64,000 nt of DNA from Candidatus Nomurabacteria bacterium (GCA_020631855.1 JACKGU010000002.1:89188-153187), one strand, 5' to 3'. Shown: positions 27,314-37,136, counted from the first letter of the stretch. The notes: generated from the sequence alone by a model not told the origin. Translations and numbers: made by a program.

Positions 27314-27820
27314 ATGAGTACCAAAGGCGGTAAATATAAAGGACATAAATTTCATGGTGATCCTCAAAGATTTGAGGTTGTTGCTGATTTTGTATTTGAT
27401 ACCTTTGGAAGAAATATTGAATACATAGCAGATGTTGCAGGAGGACGTGGGATGTTATCTAGGATTTTGAACAAGAAGTATAACTACAAATCAACTGTTT
27501 TTGATCCTAGGGGGTATACATTAGTGGGTGTAGATAGTAGAACTGATGAATTTAAGCCAGAAGACGCTTCATATTATGATTTGGTAATAGGATTACATCC
27601 TGATGAAGCTACTCGCCCTGTTGCAGAATCTGCCCTAGCAACGAATACTCTTGTAATACCCTGTTGTAACTTTTGGGATCAAACTAAGAAACTCGGTAGA
27701 GATGCTCTTATTGAGGAGATCTCAAAGTATTATGATGAGAATGGAATAAGGTATAAGAAGGTTGAGCTTGACTTTGAAGGACCAAAAAATATCGGCTTAG
27801 TTAGTTTTCATCAGAAGTAA
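27314..27820 (+). CDS. Hypothetical protein (possible SAM-MTase-like motif IADVAGGRGMLS)
   Basis: 168-aa ORF with TATAAT 6 nt upstream of the ATG. Confidence 0.4.
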   Translation: MSTKGGKYKGHKFHGDPQRFEVVADFVFDTFGRNIEYIADVAGGRGMLSRILNKKYNYKSTVFDPRGYTLVGVDSRTDEFKPEDASYYDLVIGLHPDEATRPVAESALATNTLVIPCCNFWDQTKKLGRDALIEEISKYYDENGIRYKKVELDFEGPKNIGLVSFHQK

Positions 27821-28316
27821 TATACTTTTTAATCCAAGAATTTAGATCCATTTTGTTGTTATACAATATGGGATCCTCATCCACCTGTGGTTCTTGCCAA
27901 AATCCATATGCTGTATCCAGTCCTTTTCGGCTCAGTTGTCCCCTGGCCTTTGTTGTTTCATTTTCCTCCCACCTTTTTTCAATCTCCTCTTTAGGAGTAT
28001 TTATATAAACAAGTTTATGGTTTACACCACAGTCTTTTGCAATTGCTCTTGCAGTGTTTCTTTCGGATCTTTTTAGATGTCCCATATCAAATATCACGCT
28101 TTTTCCAGCCCTTAGGTCTTTTTTTAAATTCTCATAAGCTTCTGAGTAAACAAGATTCCAATCGTCTTGAGTCATCTCATCCGTATCCATTTTGTATTTG
28201 TCTATTTGGTTATCTACTGAACAAACTTCAAATTTGTGCCGTTTAACAAGTTCCCTTGTTAATGTGGATTTACCACAGTACGGAAGTCCGCAAAGGATAT
28301 ACAGTGTCGGCTTCAT
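27801..28316 (-). CDS. P-loop kinase (AAA_33 / polynucleotide-kinase-like ATP-binding protein)
   Basis: Walker A LCGLPYCGKSTL. Confidence 0.6.
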   Translation of the reverse strand: MKPTLYILCGLPYCGKSTLTRELVKRHKFEVCSVDNQIDKYKMDTDEMTQDDWNLVYSEAYENLKKDLRAGKSVIFDMGHLKRSERNTARAIAKDCGVNHKLVYINTPKEEIEKRWEENETTKARGQLSRKGLDTAYGFWQEPQVDEDPILYNNKMDLNSWIKKYITSDEN

Positions 28317-29167
28317 TTGACTTCTATTCCAAATTCACTAAACACTTTTTGTATGTGTTCATAAAAATCTGGGTAAGCCATATAATCCTTTAGTTCGTTA
28401 AGTTTTACCCATTTGTATTCTTCAAGTTCCTCATCTTGTAGTGCAATATCGTCATCTTTTCCAGTAAAAGCCAATATAATAAAGCTTTGTTCCTGTCCTC
28501 TCATTAATTTCCCTGATTTCTTTATATTCTTTTCAATTTCTTTAAGAGGCCAGTCGTAAGAATATTTGTGTTGACTATTGTGTAAAACCTCAAAGGCGTC
28601 TGTACCTAATTCTTCTAACAATTCTCTTTTTACAGCTTGTTCTGGTGTTTCGTTTTCATCAATTCCGCCACCAGGACAATCCCAAACTCCACTGTTCTTC
28701 TTTAAAACCATTAAAATTGAATCCCTGCCTTCATTTAGAACTAATGCATAAACTCCTTGCCTATATGGTAGTTTTGCTTTGTCATTTGCACTGATGTGAT
28801 CTTCTAAGTCCCATCCTGGTTCTGAATAATACTCAAGCCAAGTTTCCTCGCCTTCTGCCCAATGCGGGTTTCCTGGTTTAATTACATAGCTTTCACCTTC
28901 TTTAAGATCAATCGTTTCTTTTCCTACCTGCAGTGTTAATGTACCTTTCGTAACCTTATAAGTTTCTGTTGTCTTGTAGTGTATATGGGGAATACTTTTA
29001 TCAATTACTGCTACCGCATTACTGTAATCAGGGTGTTCAGATGCAGGATCGATTTCACAAAGTATTTCTGTGGTGTTTTCCTCATCATTTTTGAATATAG
29101 CCTTACCTGGGTATTTTTTATTTAGTTCTGAAACTACTTGTGATACATTCATACGAAAATTATACAA
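28313..29167 (-). CDS. NUDIX hydrolase with an N-terminal cupin-like domain
   Basis: Nudix box GGGIDENETPEQAVKRELLEELG. The track start is TTG at 29167; the probable ATG is at 29152 (MNVSQ), with TATAAT 6 nt upstream. Confidence 0.8.
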   Translation of the reverse strand: MYNFRMNVSQVVSELNKKYPGKAIFKNDEENTTEILCEIDPASEHPDYSNAVAVIDKSIPHIHYKTTETYKVTKGTLTLQVGKETIDLKEGESYVIKPGNPHWAEGEETWLEYYSEPGWDLEDHISANDKAKLPYRQGVYALVLNEGRDSILMVLKKNSGVWDCPGGGIDENETPEQAVKRELLEELGTDAFEVLHNSQHKYSYDWPLKEIEKNIKKSGKLMRGQEQSFIILAFTGKDDDIALQDEELEEYKWVKLNELKDYMAYPDFYEHIQKVFSEFGIEVK

Positions 29168-29224
29168 TAGTTCGAATTCCCTGATGGCCCATACTCGGAA
29201 ATGCTGTTGTTAACGGAAGAAAAT

Positions 29225-29245
29225 CCTGGCTGGAAGCCTGGCACA
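29225..29245 (+). repeat. Degenerate tRNA-Gln 3'-end-like att repeat (e), left boundary of the integrated element
   Basis: TCCTGGCTGGAAGCCTGGCAC, with AGTTCGAATTCCCTGATGGCCC at 29169-29190 (compare tRNA-Gln GGTTCGAATCCCTGTCCCCC). Confidence 0.4.
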
Positions 29246-29313
29246 CATACAGAATGGCTAATTGGCTTGATTTAATAAATGCCCCAGAGCTAGTTTATGC
29301 TTATGCCGAAAGC

Positions 29314-31026
29314 CTACTTGTTAAATAGTATCTTCTTTGAAAGAATAAAAACTTCGTCAAACCTCTTTTTAAGGAAATCATTACGAGGCTCTACTTCCCC
29401 AAATTTCAATGCAAGTAAAAAATGCTTCATAGGTTTATATTTGAATTCATTTCTCATAAGGCGATTAACAATTAAATCTCCAAACGAATACTCTGTATTA
29501 GTATAGGCTTCCATCATTTCAGTCTCTTCTGCGCTTAATATCGTTAATGATTCAACGTTTTTACCATTAAGATATTTATTATTTTCAATTAGTGGCAATA
29601 TCTCTTCAATCCAAATTAAGTCTGCTTGTGGGAAAGGGTTTATAGTTACTATTATTGGAACAAATGCCTTTATGTCTTTAGATTCAACTCCCTCTAATCT
29701 AAACTCTTTTCTTTTAAAGTCTTTTATACTTCTATCAATTTGCTTAACACTATTTAATACAATTTTCTCTAAATCTTTTCTGTAGCCTTCCAGGTCTCCG
29801 TTTATTGCGGTGTCTACCATTTTTAATTTTGAAGTGTTTATTTCAGCAAAAAAAGCAACATTTTTATATACAATTATAATATCTGATGTTTTTTTATGAC
29901 TTTTTCCATATGTTAATTCATTAAAAACCTTATATTCGTTATCATTACCCAACATCCTTTGGAACAAATTCTGTTCATACTCTTCGAAAAGTTCTCCATA
30001 GAATCGTGCAAGTCTATATCTTTCACTTTTTTCTAAAGAATCCCAAATGTCCCAAAATATCCCAGAAGAAATTCTTTCTTTTACAAAGCGAACACTTGTT
30101 GGCATATATACATCTTTACTTATCTTTATTAAAGGTTTTTGCCTAAGAGTTATGAAGTCATAAATCTTATTAGATGAGTCTAAAGAGTTGGATAATGTCA
30201 GTTTGTTAAGATATTTTATAGCCTTATATTTTGAATATTTGAGCTCGTTAAAATATACATTTTTGTTTATCTCAAAGTTATTCAAATCAATTTTGTCCTT
30301 ATAAATATTTACGTTTGCATAGTGGGCCAATAATGAAAAACCTAAAACATAGGCTTCTTCTAAGGTGTGATTCTTTGCTTTCTTGTATAGGGATTCTAAA
30401 TCTATATAATTTTCAGACTTTATAGCTCTGTCGCTTTTCGCAATATTAAAAAGTATTTCATAGTTTCTTGTAAATAAATATCTAAACTGCTCTGTAGAAT
30501 TAAAATATGCATTCCGAATAACTTCTTTTAATAGTGCATCTAATTGCAAGCGCCTATTGGGATTATCCATGTTTTTGTCGCTTTCATATTCTCTATTTAG
30601 CAGGTCACCGCAAGGGATGACACATTTTTTAAGGTATAAATCAAAGTTAGCTGTGTCGTTTAATTTCTTCTTAGCATATGGATTGCCGTGTTCCAATGTA
30701 AGTTTAATTAGGTGAAGTAATTGCTGTTCGAAGAAGAGAAATCTATCTGGGCTTGATTTGAAAACCTTTAATATTTTGCTTTTATCCTGTTCATTGTGAA
30801 ATAGTTCGTTTATTAAACCGTGTTGTAGCTCTCTATTCATATGTCCATGATTTTCCAACACATTTCCTAATTTACATGTTGCAGCTAATACTTCTCGTTT
30901 ATTAAGAGATTTAATTGTTTTTATAACCTCTTGCTCTGTGATTTCCTCGTTAAATATATCTCTATATGGCATCATAATCGCAAAGCCGTCACTGAGTGTA
31001 TAGTTTTTGTTGTTACTTAGAGGCAT
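29314..31026 (-). CDS. Large hypothetical protein (570 aa) co-transcribed downstream of the LexA-like gene
   Basis: Overlaps the lexA-like stop by 14 nt. No recognisable catalytic motif. Confidence 0.5.
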   Translation of the reverse strand: MPLSNNKNYTLSDGFAIMMPYRDIFNEEITEQEVIKTIKSLNKREVLAATCKLGNVLENHGHMNRELQHGLINELFHNEQDKSKILKVFKSSPDRFLFFEQQLLHLIKLTLEHGNPYAKKKLNDTANFDLYLKKCVIPCGDLLNREYESDKNMDNPNRRLQLDALLKEVIRNAYFNSTEQFRYLFTRNYEILFNIAKSDRAIKSENYIDLESLYKKAKNHTLEEAYVLGFSLLAHYANVNIYKDKIDLNNFEINKNVYFNELKYSKYKAIKYLNKLTLSNSLDSSNKIYDFITLRQKPLIKISKDVYMPTSVRFVKERISSGIFWDIWDSLEKSERYRLARFYGELFEEYEQNLFQRMLGNDNEYKVFNELTYGKSHKKTSDIIIVYKNVAFFAEINTSKLKMVDTAINGDLEGYRKDLEKIVLNSVKQIDRSIKDFKRKEFRLEGVESKDIKAFVPIIVTINPFPQADLIWIEEILPLIENNKYLNGKNVESLTILSAEETEMMEAYTNTEYSFGDLIVNRLMRNEFKYKPMKHFLLALKFGEVEPRNDFLKKRFDEVFILSKKILFNK

Positions 31027-31633
31027 GCCTTAGAAGTCCCAGAAATTTTCCTCTAATTTCTAGTTCCTTGGGATAAATATTGTTTAGTTCTGGATTTCTT
31101 GGTTCCAGTCTTATCTCACCCCTTTGTTTGTAAAATCTCTTAAGTGTTGCCCCGTTTTCTGTAATGGCTACAACGGTTTCCCCATTTTCTGCTGTATTTT
31201 GATGTTTTACTAACACAATATCTCCATCAGCAATACCATCATCAATCATACTGTTTCCAGATACTTTTAAGGCATAACACATCTCCGGTCTTCTAGGTAA
31301 CATAGTGGAAGGAACATCTATCGGCTCTGGAATCTCAACTGGTTCAATACCTGGACCCGCAGAGATAGTTCCTAGTAATGGTATTTTTATGAGTTCACTA
31401 CCTGTATTAAGCAATTTAATGCCTCTATTCAATGTAGTTTTTTTTATGTAACCTTTTTCTTCCAAAGCATCTAAATATTGAGCCACAGAGGAATCTGATT
31501 TGTAACCAAATTGTTCCGCTATTTCCTTATATGTGGGGCAAAATCCATGTTTAACAAAATGTTTTTCGAGGAAATCTAAAATATCTTTTTGCTTTGGAGT
31601 TAGAGGCAATTTTTCTTGACCTTTGTAATCCAT
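31013..31633 (-). CDS. lexA: LexA-type repressor (N-terminal winged-HTH plus C-terminal S24 peptidase Ser-Lys dyad)
   Basis: 206 aa. GNSMIDDGIADGDIVLV (catalytic Ser) and ATLKRFYKQRGEIRLEPRNPE (Lys), collinear with E. coli LexA. A TACTCGTA-TAA-TACTCGTA direct repeat and TATTAT lie 6 nt upstream of the ATG. Confidence 0.7.
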   Translation of the reverse strand: MDYKGQEKLPLTPKQKDILDFLEKHFVKHGFCPTYKEIAEQFGYKSDSSVAQYLDALEEKGYIKKTTLNRGIKLLNTGSELIKIPLLGTISAGPGIEPVEIPEPIDVPSTMLPRRPEMCYALKVSGNSMIDDGIADGDIVLVKHQNTAENGETVVAITENGATLKRFYKQRGEIRLEPRNPELNNIYPKELEIRGKFLGLLRHASK

Positions 31634-31744
31634 ACTCGTATAATACTCGTAATTAGTCCAACAGTCAAATGGACAAAAAAGGCAACAGACTTTCTTGCCC
31701 GTTGCCCTTCTTACGTACTTTAAGTTTATTAGTTAAGCAGATAT

Positions 31745-32011
31745 ATGGCAAGAGTATATGCGGAAAGGCATGTTATGGCAAAACAAATACACGTTACGCA
31801 TAACAAAGAAACCGGAAGGTGGCAAACCAGAGATGCCGGGTCGAAAGACGTTAATTCATCTCATAGAACAAAGGATTTAGCAGTCGAAAGAGCAGTTCGT
31901 GATGCAAAACAAACTCGCTCTGAGGTATTTATCCATAATAAAGATGGAAAGATATCTGATAGGGATAGTTATGGTAATGACCCTAGAAGTGTCAAAGACA
32001 GGGTTCATTAA
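31745..32011 (+). CDS. DUF2188-like small protein
   Basis: GRWQ ... IHNKDGKISDRDSYGNDP matches the DUF2188 pattern. Divergent from lexA. Confidence 0.5.
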   Translation: MARVYAERHVMAKQIHVTHNKETGRWQTRDAGSKDVNSSHRTKDLAVERAVRDAKQTRSEVFIHNKDGKISDRDSYGNDPRSVKDRVH

Positions 32012-32098
32012 TTAGTTTCTTTTGACTGTTGGCTAATTTCTATTCAGAATAGAGTTCATATGCTTATTTATAAAATTATATGATGTATTATAAAAACT

Positions 32099-33031
32099 AT
32101 GCGAGAAAATATTAAACTCATATCCCTTTTTAGTGGGTGTGGGGGCACAGATTTAGGATTTGAAGGTGGTTTTACTTTTAATTCAAAAAAATATGAAAAA
32201 TTACCTTACGATTTAGTTTGGGCAAATGAGATAAATAGTAAAGCCTGTATTACTTTTAAGGAAAACCTTAAAAAGGATATAGTCTGTGATGATATATGGA
32301 ATGTTGATTTAGATACACTACCCGATGCAGATATAGTTACTGGTGGTTTTCCATGCCAAGACTTTAGTGTTGCCGGATTACGTAAAGGATTTAACTCTAA
32401 AAGAGGCCTTTTATATTTGGCAATGCTTAATGTTGTAAATAAAGTTAAGCCAAGAGTTTTTGTTGCTGAGAATGTTAAGGGTTTGTTATCCATGGACAAA
32501 GGATGTGCTATTCAGAAGATAGTTTCAGATTTTTCACAAGCTGGTTCTGGCTATAAAGTCACAACACACCTATTAAAAGCCCCTGATTATGGGATTTCTC
32601 AAACAAGAGAGCGTGTTTTAATCGTAGGGGTAAGGTCTGATATTAATATGAATTTTGAACCTCCAGTACCAACTACATTAGATACACCTGTTCCTGTTTC
32701 AGATATATTAAGAGATTTGGAAGACCTAGCTGAGGGAGACATACCTAATCATTATTGGTCAAAAGCGAAACTATATCCAGGTAGACAAGGAAACATTACA
32801 ATAGACCCGAGTAAACCGGGCCCAACGATGAGAGCCGAACATCATGGGAACATAGAATTCCACTATAATAAGGGTAGAAGGTTAAGTGCACGTGAAGCTG
32901 CTAGGATACAGTCTTTTCCCGATGAATTTATATTCTATAATTCAACTTCTGATGCCTATCGCCAGATAGGTAATGCAGTACCCCCTGTATTAGCCTGGCA
33001 TATTGCAAAAACATTACTCCCATTTTTTTAA
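32099..33031 (+). CDS. DNA (cytosine-5)-methyltransferase
   Basis: 310 aa. Motif I FSGCGG, motif IV GFPCQDFS, ENV, C-terminal QIGNAVPP. Confidence 0.9.
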   Translation: MRENIKLISLFSGCGGTDLGFEGGFTFNSKKYEKLPYDLVWANEINSKACITFKENLKKDIVCDDIWNVDLDTLPDADIVTGGFPCQDFSVAGLRKGFNSKRGLLYLAMLNVVNKVKPRVFVAENVKGLLSMDKGCAIQKIVSDFSQAGSGYKVTTHLLKAPDYGISQTRERVLIVGVRSDINMNFEPPVPTTLDTPVPVSDILRDLEDLAEGDIPNHYWSKAKLYPGRQGNITIDPSKPGPTMRAEHHGNIEFHYNKGRRLSAREAARIQSFPDEFIFYNSTSDAYRQIGNAVPPVLAWHIAKTLLPFF

Positions 33032-33088
33032 GAATAGTGCTTAGATTCTTTTGATGTTAGACTTGTAACAGTAGGACATTTTACTGTT

Positions 33089-34201
33089 ATGGCTAATTTA
33101 AGAACATCTTTAAGAGAATTAAGCTTCATCTATGGGCTAATTGCCCATGATTTTTCTGTGCCCAAATTTAAGGACTTCTGTAGTACCCTAGCTGATAATG
33201 GTATTGAACATGGCTTAGAATCTAAAGATTCAGTTTTTTATAGCAAAGTTGTTTTTGACCAAATTGTAAAAAATGGTATACGACTAGGAATATTTGTAAG
33301 AGATAATTTGAAAATAACTAAAATAGATACTCTTAACTGGACTGGAAATGATACTCAATCAGATACTCCTTACGATGTAATCGTTAACAATATTCCAATT
33401 TCACTTAAAGAGGACAGTTTTATCTTAGAAAATATGGGCTTATATAAATTACTTTCTCTATTAACTGAAAACACTTATAAAAGAGGCGAGGTACACATTT
33501 TCAAGAAATTTGCCCCAAGAGAGTATGAAGAATGGTTTGATGTTGCTTGGCACAGTATGTTCTATAAAATAAGGAGACATGGTCCTTGGGTATATAAAGG
33601 TAAAGGATACACATCTACAATAAAAGAACAGGATAATAAAATAGTATTTATCTATAAATCACCCGAAAAGACACTGAGTTGCAGTCTTCCCTTCAAGTCG
33701 TACGTCTCTTTAGATGAGTTTGAAAAAGAAACAAATTCAATTCTTAGAGAAAAAGTTTTTTCAAAATGGATTTCTAGTATTGGGGCATATGTAGGGGAAT
33801 ATAAGGTTTATAAGAATATTTGTTCTACGAAGGCGGGTGAGGAATTGACCAAATTTATACATAAAAACATTAAGGTTGAATCCTTTTCTAGAATTTTTAG
33901 AATTTTGGAAACACCTTATTATTATGCAAAAGTTACAAATAATAGTATGGAATTATATAAAGTTCCAGGGAAACAAGATTTTAAGAATAACTTTGAAATT
34001 ATGGCATTTGAATATTCAGTGCCCTCATCACAATTAAACCTATTAACTACGATAAAAAACATTAAACTAGGCACCGAAATAACTTTTAGAAATGAATTAC
34101 GTTTTTCACATGGTCAGTTTAATGGTACTCCAGAAGCAAAATTATACTACACAAAAGACTCAAGCTTAGAAGCAATATACGAATTAGTCGCTACTCAATA
34201 A
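33089..34201 (+). CDS. Hypothetical protein, candidate cognate restriction endonuclease
   Basis: 370-aa ORF 57 nt downstream of the MTase on the same strand. No detectable motif. Called by position only. Confidence 0.3.
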   Translation: MANLRTSLRELSFIYGLIAHDFSVPKFKDFCSTLADNGIEHGLESKDSVFYSKVVFDQIVKNGIRLGIFVRDNLKITKIDTLNWTGNDTQSDTPYDVIVNNIPISLKEDSFILENMGLYKLLSLLTENTYKRGEVHIFKKFAPREYEEWFDVAWHSMFYKIRRHGPWVYKGKGYTSTIKEQDNKIVFIYKSPEKTLSCSLPFKSYVSLDEFEKETNSILREKVFSKWISSIGAYVGEYKVYKNICSTKAGEELTKFIHKNIKVESFSRIFRILETPYYYAKVTNNSMELYKVPGKQDFKNNFEIMAFEYSVPSSQLNLLTTIKNIKLGTEITFRNELRFSHGQFNGTPEAKLYYTKDSSLEAIYELVATQ

Positions 34202-34236
34202 TATTTCCTGATATAATCAAATAGTAATTAAACACA

Positions 34237-34322
34237 GCTTGGCAGCTTTACTTAAACATGCTTAAAAAAGCAATGGACCCATGAAGGGGCAACCTTTCCA
34301 TAGGGTCTATTGCTGCCAAGCT
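34237..34322. repeat. Nested inverted repeat (multi-layer hairpin)
   Basis: Outer CAGCTTGGCAGC/GCTGCCAAGCTG, inner CAATGGACCC/GGGTCTATTG, innermost GAAGG/CCTTT. Lies 3' of the putative REase gene. Confidence 0.6.
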
Positions 34323-34546
34323 GTGGATACCGGAAGGTTGTCCCTTTATGTTTGGAATAAAAAGCATTAAAACGAAATATTTTGACTTCATTTTCTATTG
34401 GCTATATCAAATGCCACTTTATACTCCAAAACTCAATATAACGTGTTCTGGGACTTCTGGTAGCTATATTTTTTCTACTCTGTCTCAGATATTTAGCGTG
34501 GTTGAGCCAATAAGTATAAATTTCTATAAATTAAGGAATAAAGAAA

Positions 34547-34867
34547 ATGAATAAAAAAGAACAAATTGCATGCCCTAAGTGTGGTCAGTTTAGAGTTGTG
34601 ACTAAAGATACTGCTTCTGCAGCGTTGTTCGGCATTGGTTGTATGTACTTAACGCTTGTCCCAATTATAGGGATAGTTTTAAGTTTGATTGGTTTAGGTA
34701 TTTTTGGTTTGGTTATTGGTTTTGCATTAGGTATTGGTTTATTAATCTCTGCATTAGTTAAGAAAACAAAAGGAAAAGCCACATTTACCTGTCTTAATTG
34801 TGGTTATAAGTGGGAACCTGTACTAGATAAAGCAAATAATTCCAAGGGGAATAAAAATAAACAATAA
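34547..34867 (+). CDS. Zinc-ribbon membrane protein
   Basis: CPKCG ... two TM helices ... CLNCG. Confidence 0.45.
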   Translation: MNKKEQIACPKCGQFRVVTKDTASAALFGIGCMYLTLVPIIGIVLSLIGLGIFGLVIGFALGIGLLISALVKKTKGKATFTCLNCGYKWEPVLDKANNSKGNKNKQ

Positions 34868-35210
34868 TAAAGTTAGGCAACCTGAATTTTTAGCTAACTT
34901 ATCTGCACTGATAGTGGTTCTATTGTAAACTTTGTTATAGATAGCTTTTTTTGGATTGGTAACAATCCCCATTCCTCTTGGGACTCTAACTTTGGAACGA
35001 ACCATTCTTTTTACAGATGTTCTTGCTGATAGTCTTCTTTTTAATGAGGGTGTTCTAACGCCAAATTTCATATCTAAATTATATACATATATGTTTGAAA
35101 TGTCAGAAAAATTGTGTGTGAAATGAGAGAAAATGAAGGGGTTATTTTTTGTATAAAGTGGCAGAAATGACAAAAAAACAGGGGGTACAAATTAATAAAA
35201 CCTTAGAGAA

Positions 35211-35882
35211 ATGAGAGAAAGTAAGTGGTTTGTTTTCATCATATCCTTGTACCTAAATATTGTAGTAACAATAAATACCTTAATGTCACAGCACATTTTT
35301 AAGATATCGTACTTTAATTACATGAAACATGTAAATGAAGATACAAAACATAATATATTAGATGAAGTTTTTTCCTTTGAAGATAAAACAAAGAACGATA
35401 TATATTTCGCAGATGACCGAAGATTTAAAATATATTCTGGTTTTACTAAGCTTTATCATGCTTTAGCTCATGCCATTTTGGCTGATAATACTCTTACTGC
35501 CAGAGAGATTAAGGTATTACTTCTATATATTAGGGTCGGATATGGTTGCCAAGTTAGGGATGAGTACGGTGTGAAGAAACACGCTAGAAGCGTATATTTT
35601 TGTCCAAAAGAAGTATCAAAAATTTTAAATTATAGAACAAATGATGTTTCAAAAGTTTTTAAGTCTTTGTTTGATAAAGGTTGGTTTGATTTTTTGTATT
35701 ACAAAGAAACAGGCAGAACAAAAATTCACCCACAAATAGTTGATAATGTACTAGATGTAAAAACAGGTGCAGGTTGGGATGAAACGTTTAATATTGAACT
35801 TAGAAATGTAATTTCTAGAAATCTAGGGTTCAATCTGGTACCTGTTATCTATTCAAAAGACCCTTTCAAGTTACTCAAATAG
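35211..35882 (+). CDS. Hypothetical protein (possible winged-helix/replication-like, weak)
   Basis: 223-aa ORF in the integrated element. The probable start is an internal Met (MKHVNEDTK). Confidence 0.35.
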   Translation: MRESKWFVFIISLYLNIVVTINTLMSQHIFKISYFNYMKHVNEDTKHNILDEVFSFEDKTKNDIYFADDRRFKIYSGFTKLYHALAHAILADNTLTAREIKVLLLYIRVGYGCQVRDEYGVKKHARSVYFCPKEVSKILNYRTNDVSKVFKSLFDKGWFDFLYYKETGRTKIHPQIVDNVLDVKTGAGWDETFNIELRNVISRNLGFNLVPVIYSKDPFKLLK

Positions 35883-36150
35883 TTTTAATACATATACCAT
35901 TAAAAAATATGATATTCCCTAATACATGATTTATGCAGGTTTTGCAGACATATTTACATTTATTAAGTATCAGTTAACGAGAATTACGCAATATTTTACT
36001 TGAAACGTGTAATTTTTAAGATTTATTTGCTTTAAAAACAGCCAAAAAGCATGGTTAGTATATAAAAAAGATAAGTAAAATAGTTTATGTATAGATAGTA
36101 AGATGAAGAGTTGTAAAAATGTAAAAACATGGAAGGTATAATGTGTTTAG

Positions 36151-37098
36151 ATGAAAAATGTAGATGAAATTAAATCAAGGAAACCAACATGGTCACTTTC
36201 TGAGGTAATGATAAAGTCTGGATTGTTTAGTGAAAAAGGTGTTACTTGGTATAAGGATAAACCAGAAACTGATAGAGATGTATTAATTAGAAGCTATTGG
36301 GATTTAGTATACAAATCTGGCATGTTAGATTTCCTTATAAAACGTGAGAGAGAAGTTTTAGGTATACCAAACAATCTACGTGCTTTAAGAAGAAAGTTTC
36401 CTTTAGTGGCTTATAGAACTGATATAGGTGACCCAAACGAAGTAAATCTTGAACAAGGTATTGATAACTATCATGGTTATTATGGAAGAGACCCTAAGCT
36501 AGTAGCATCAATTGATGATAGTGTTAATAGAATTTTGGATGATTCAAAACTTCCGCCAATGTATTTCAAGGTAGTGCTATTTTTATTACTACGGGGGCAA
36601 CTAATTAAAGATGGTGAACTTTTTTTCTATACACGGTTAATGGACTCTATAGCTTTAAAAGAGGACTATGATAAACGTATCTATAACCATTTTACTCAAA
36701 ATGAATTTATTCAATATGCCGGATTTTACTTAATGGCTATTTCAACAAAACTTACAAAACAAGATTTTAGAGAAAGAATGTCCAATTTGGAAAAAGTAAT
36801 ACCTAATTTTAATAGAAAATATCGTCCAATTAGAAAATGGAATACTTACTACAAAATAATTAAGGTTATATTGAAAAGTTATAATATTGAACAAAAAACA
36901 AATCATGGGGAATCGGATAGCATGAGTGAAGGTTTAATGCATACGAGTAAATCTTTGATTTATGATTTATGTAATAAAGATTTAACTAAAGAACAGGAAC
37001 AAAGAGAAGCCTATAAATTGCGAAAAGACATTGAACGCCTCAAAAAAGAATACCCATTCCTAGTCGAAATGTTCCCTCACCTACAACAAAAAGCTTAA
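36151..37098 (+). CDS. Hypothetical protein
   Basis: 315-aa ORF, no recognisable motif. Confidence 0.4.
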   Translation: MKNVDEIKSRKPTWSLSEVMIKSGLFSEKGVTWYKDKPETDRDVLIRSYWDLVYKSGMLDFLIKREREVLGIPNNLRALRRKFPLVAYRTDIGDPNEVNLEQGIDNYHGYYGRDPKLVASIDDSVNRILDDSKLPPMYFKVVLFLLLRGQLIKDGELFFYTRLMDSIALKEDYDKRIYNHFTQNEFIQYAGFYLMAISTKLTKQDFRERMSNLEKVIPNFNRKYRPIRKWNTYYKIIKVILKSYNIEQKTNHGESDSMSEGLMHTSKSLIYDLCNKDLTKEQEQREAYKLRKDIERLKKEYPFLVEMFPHLQQKA

Positions 37099-37136
37099 TG
37101 TCACAACCCTAAATTTTTAAGCTGTAAGCTGATGGC

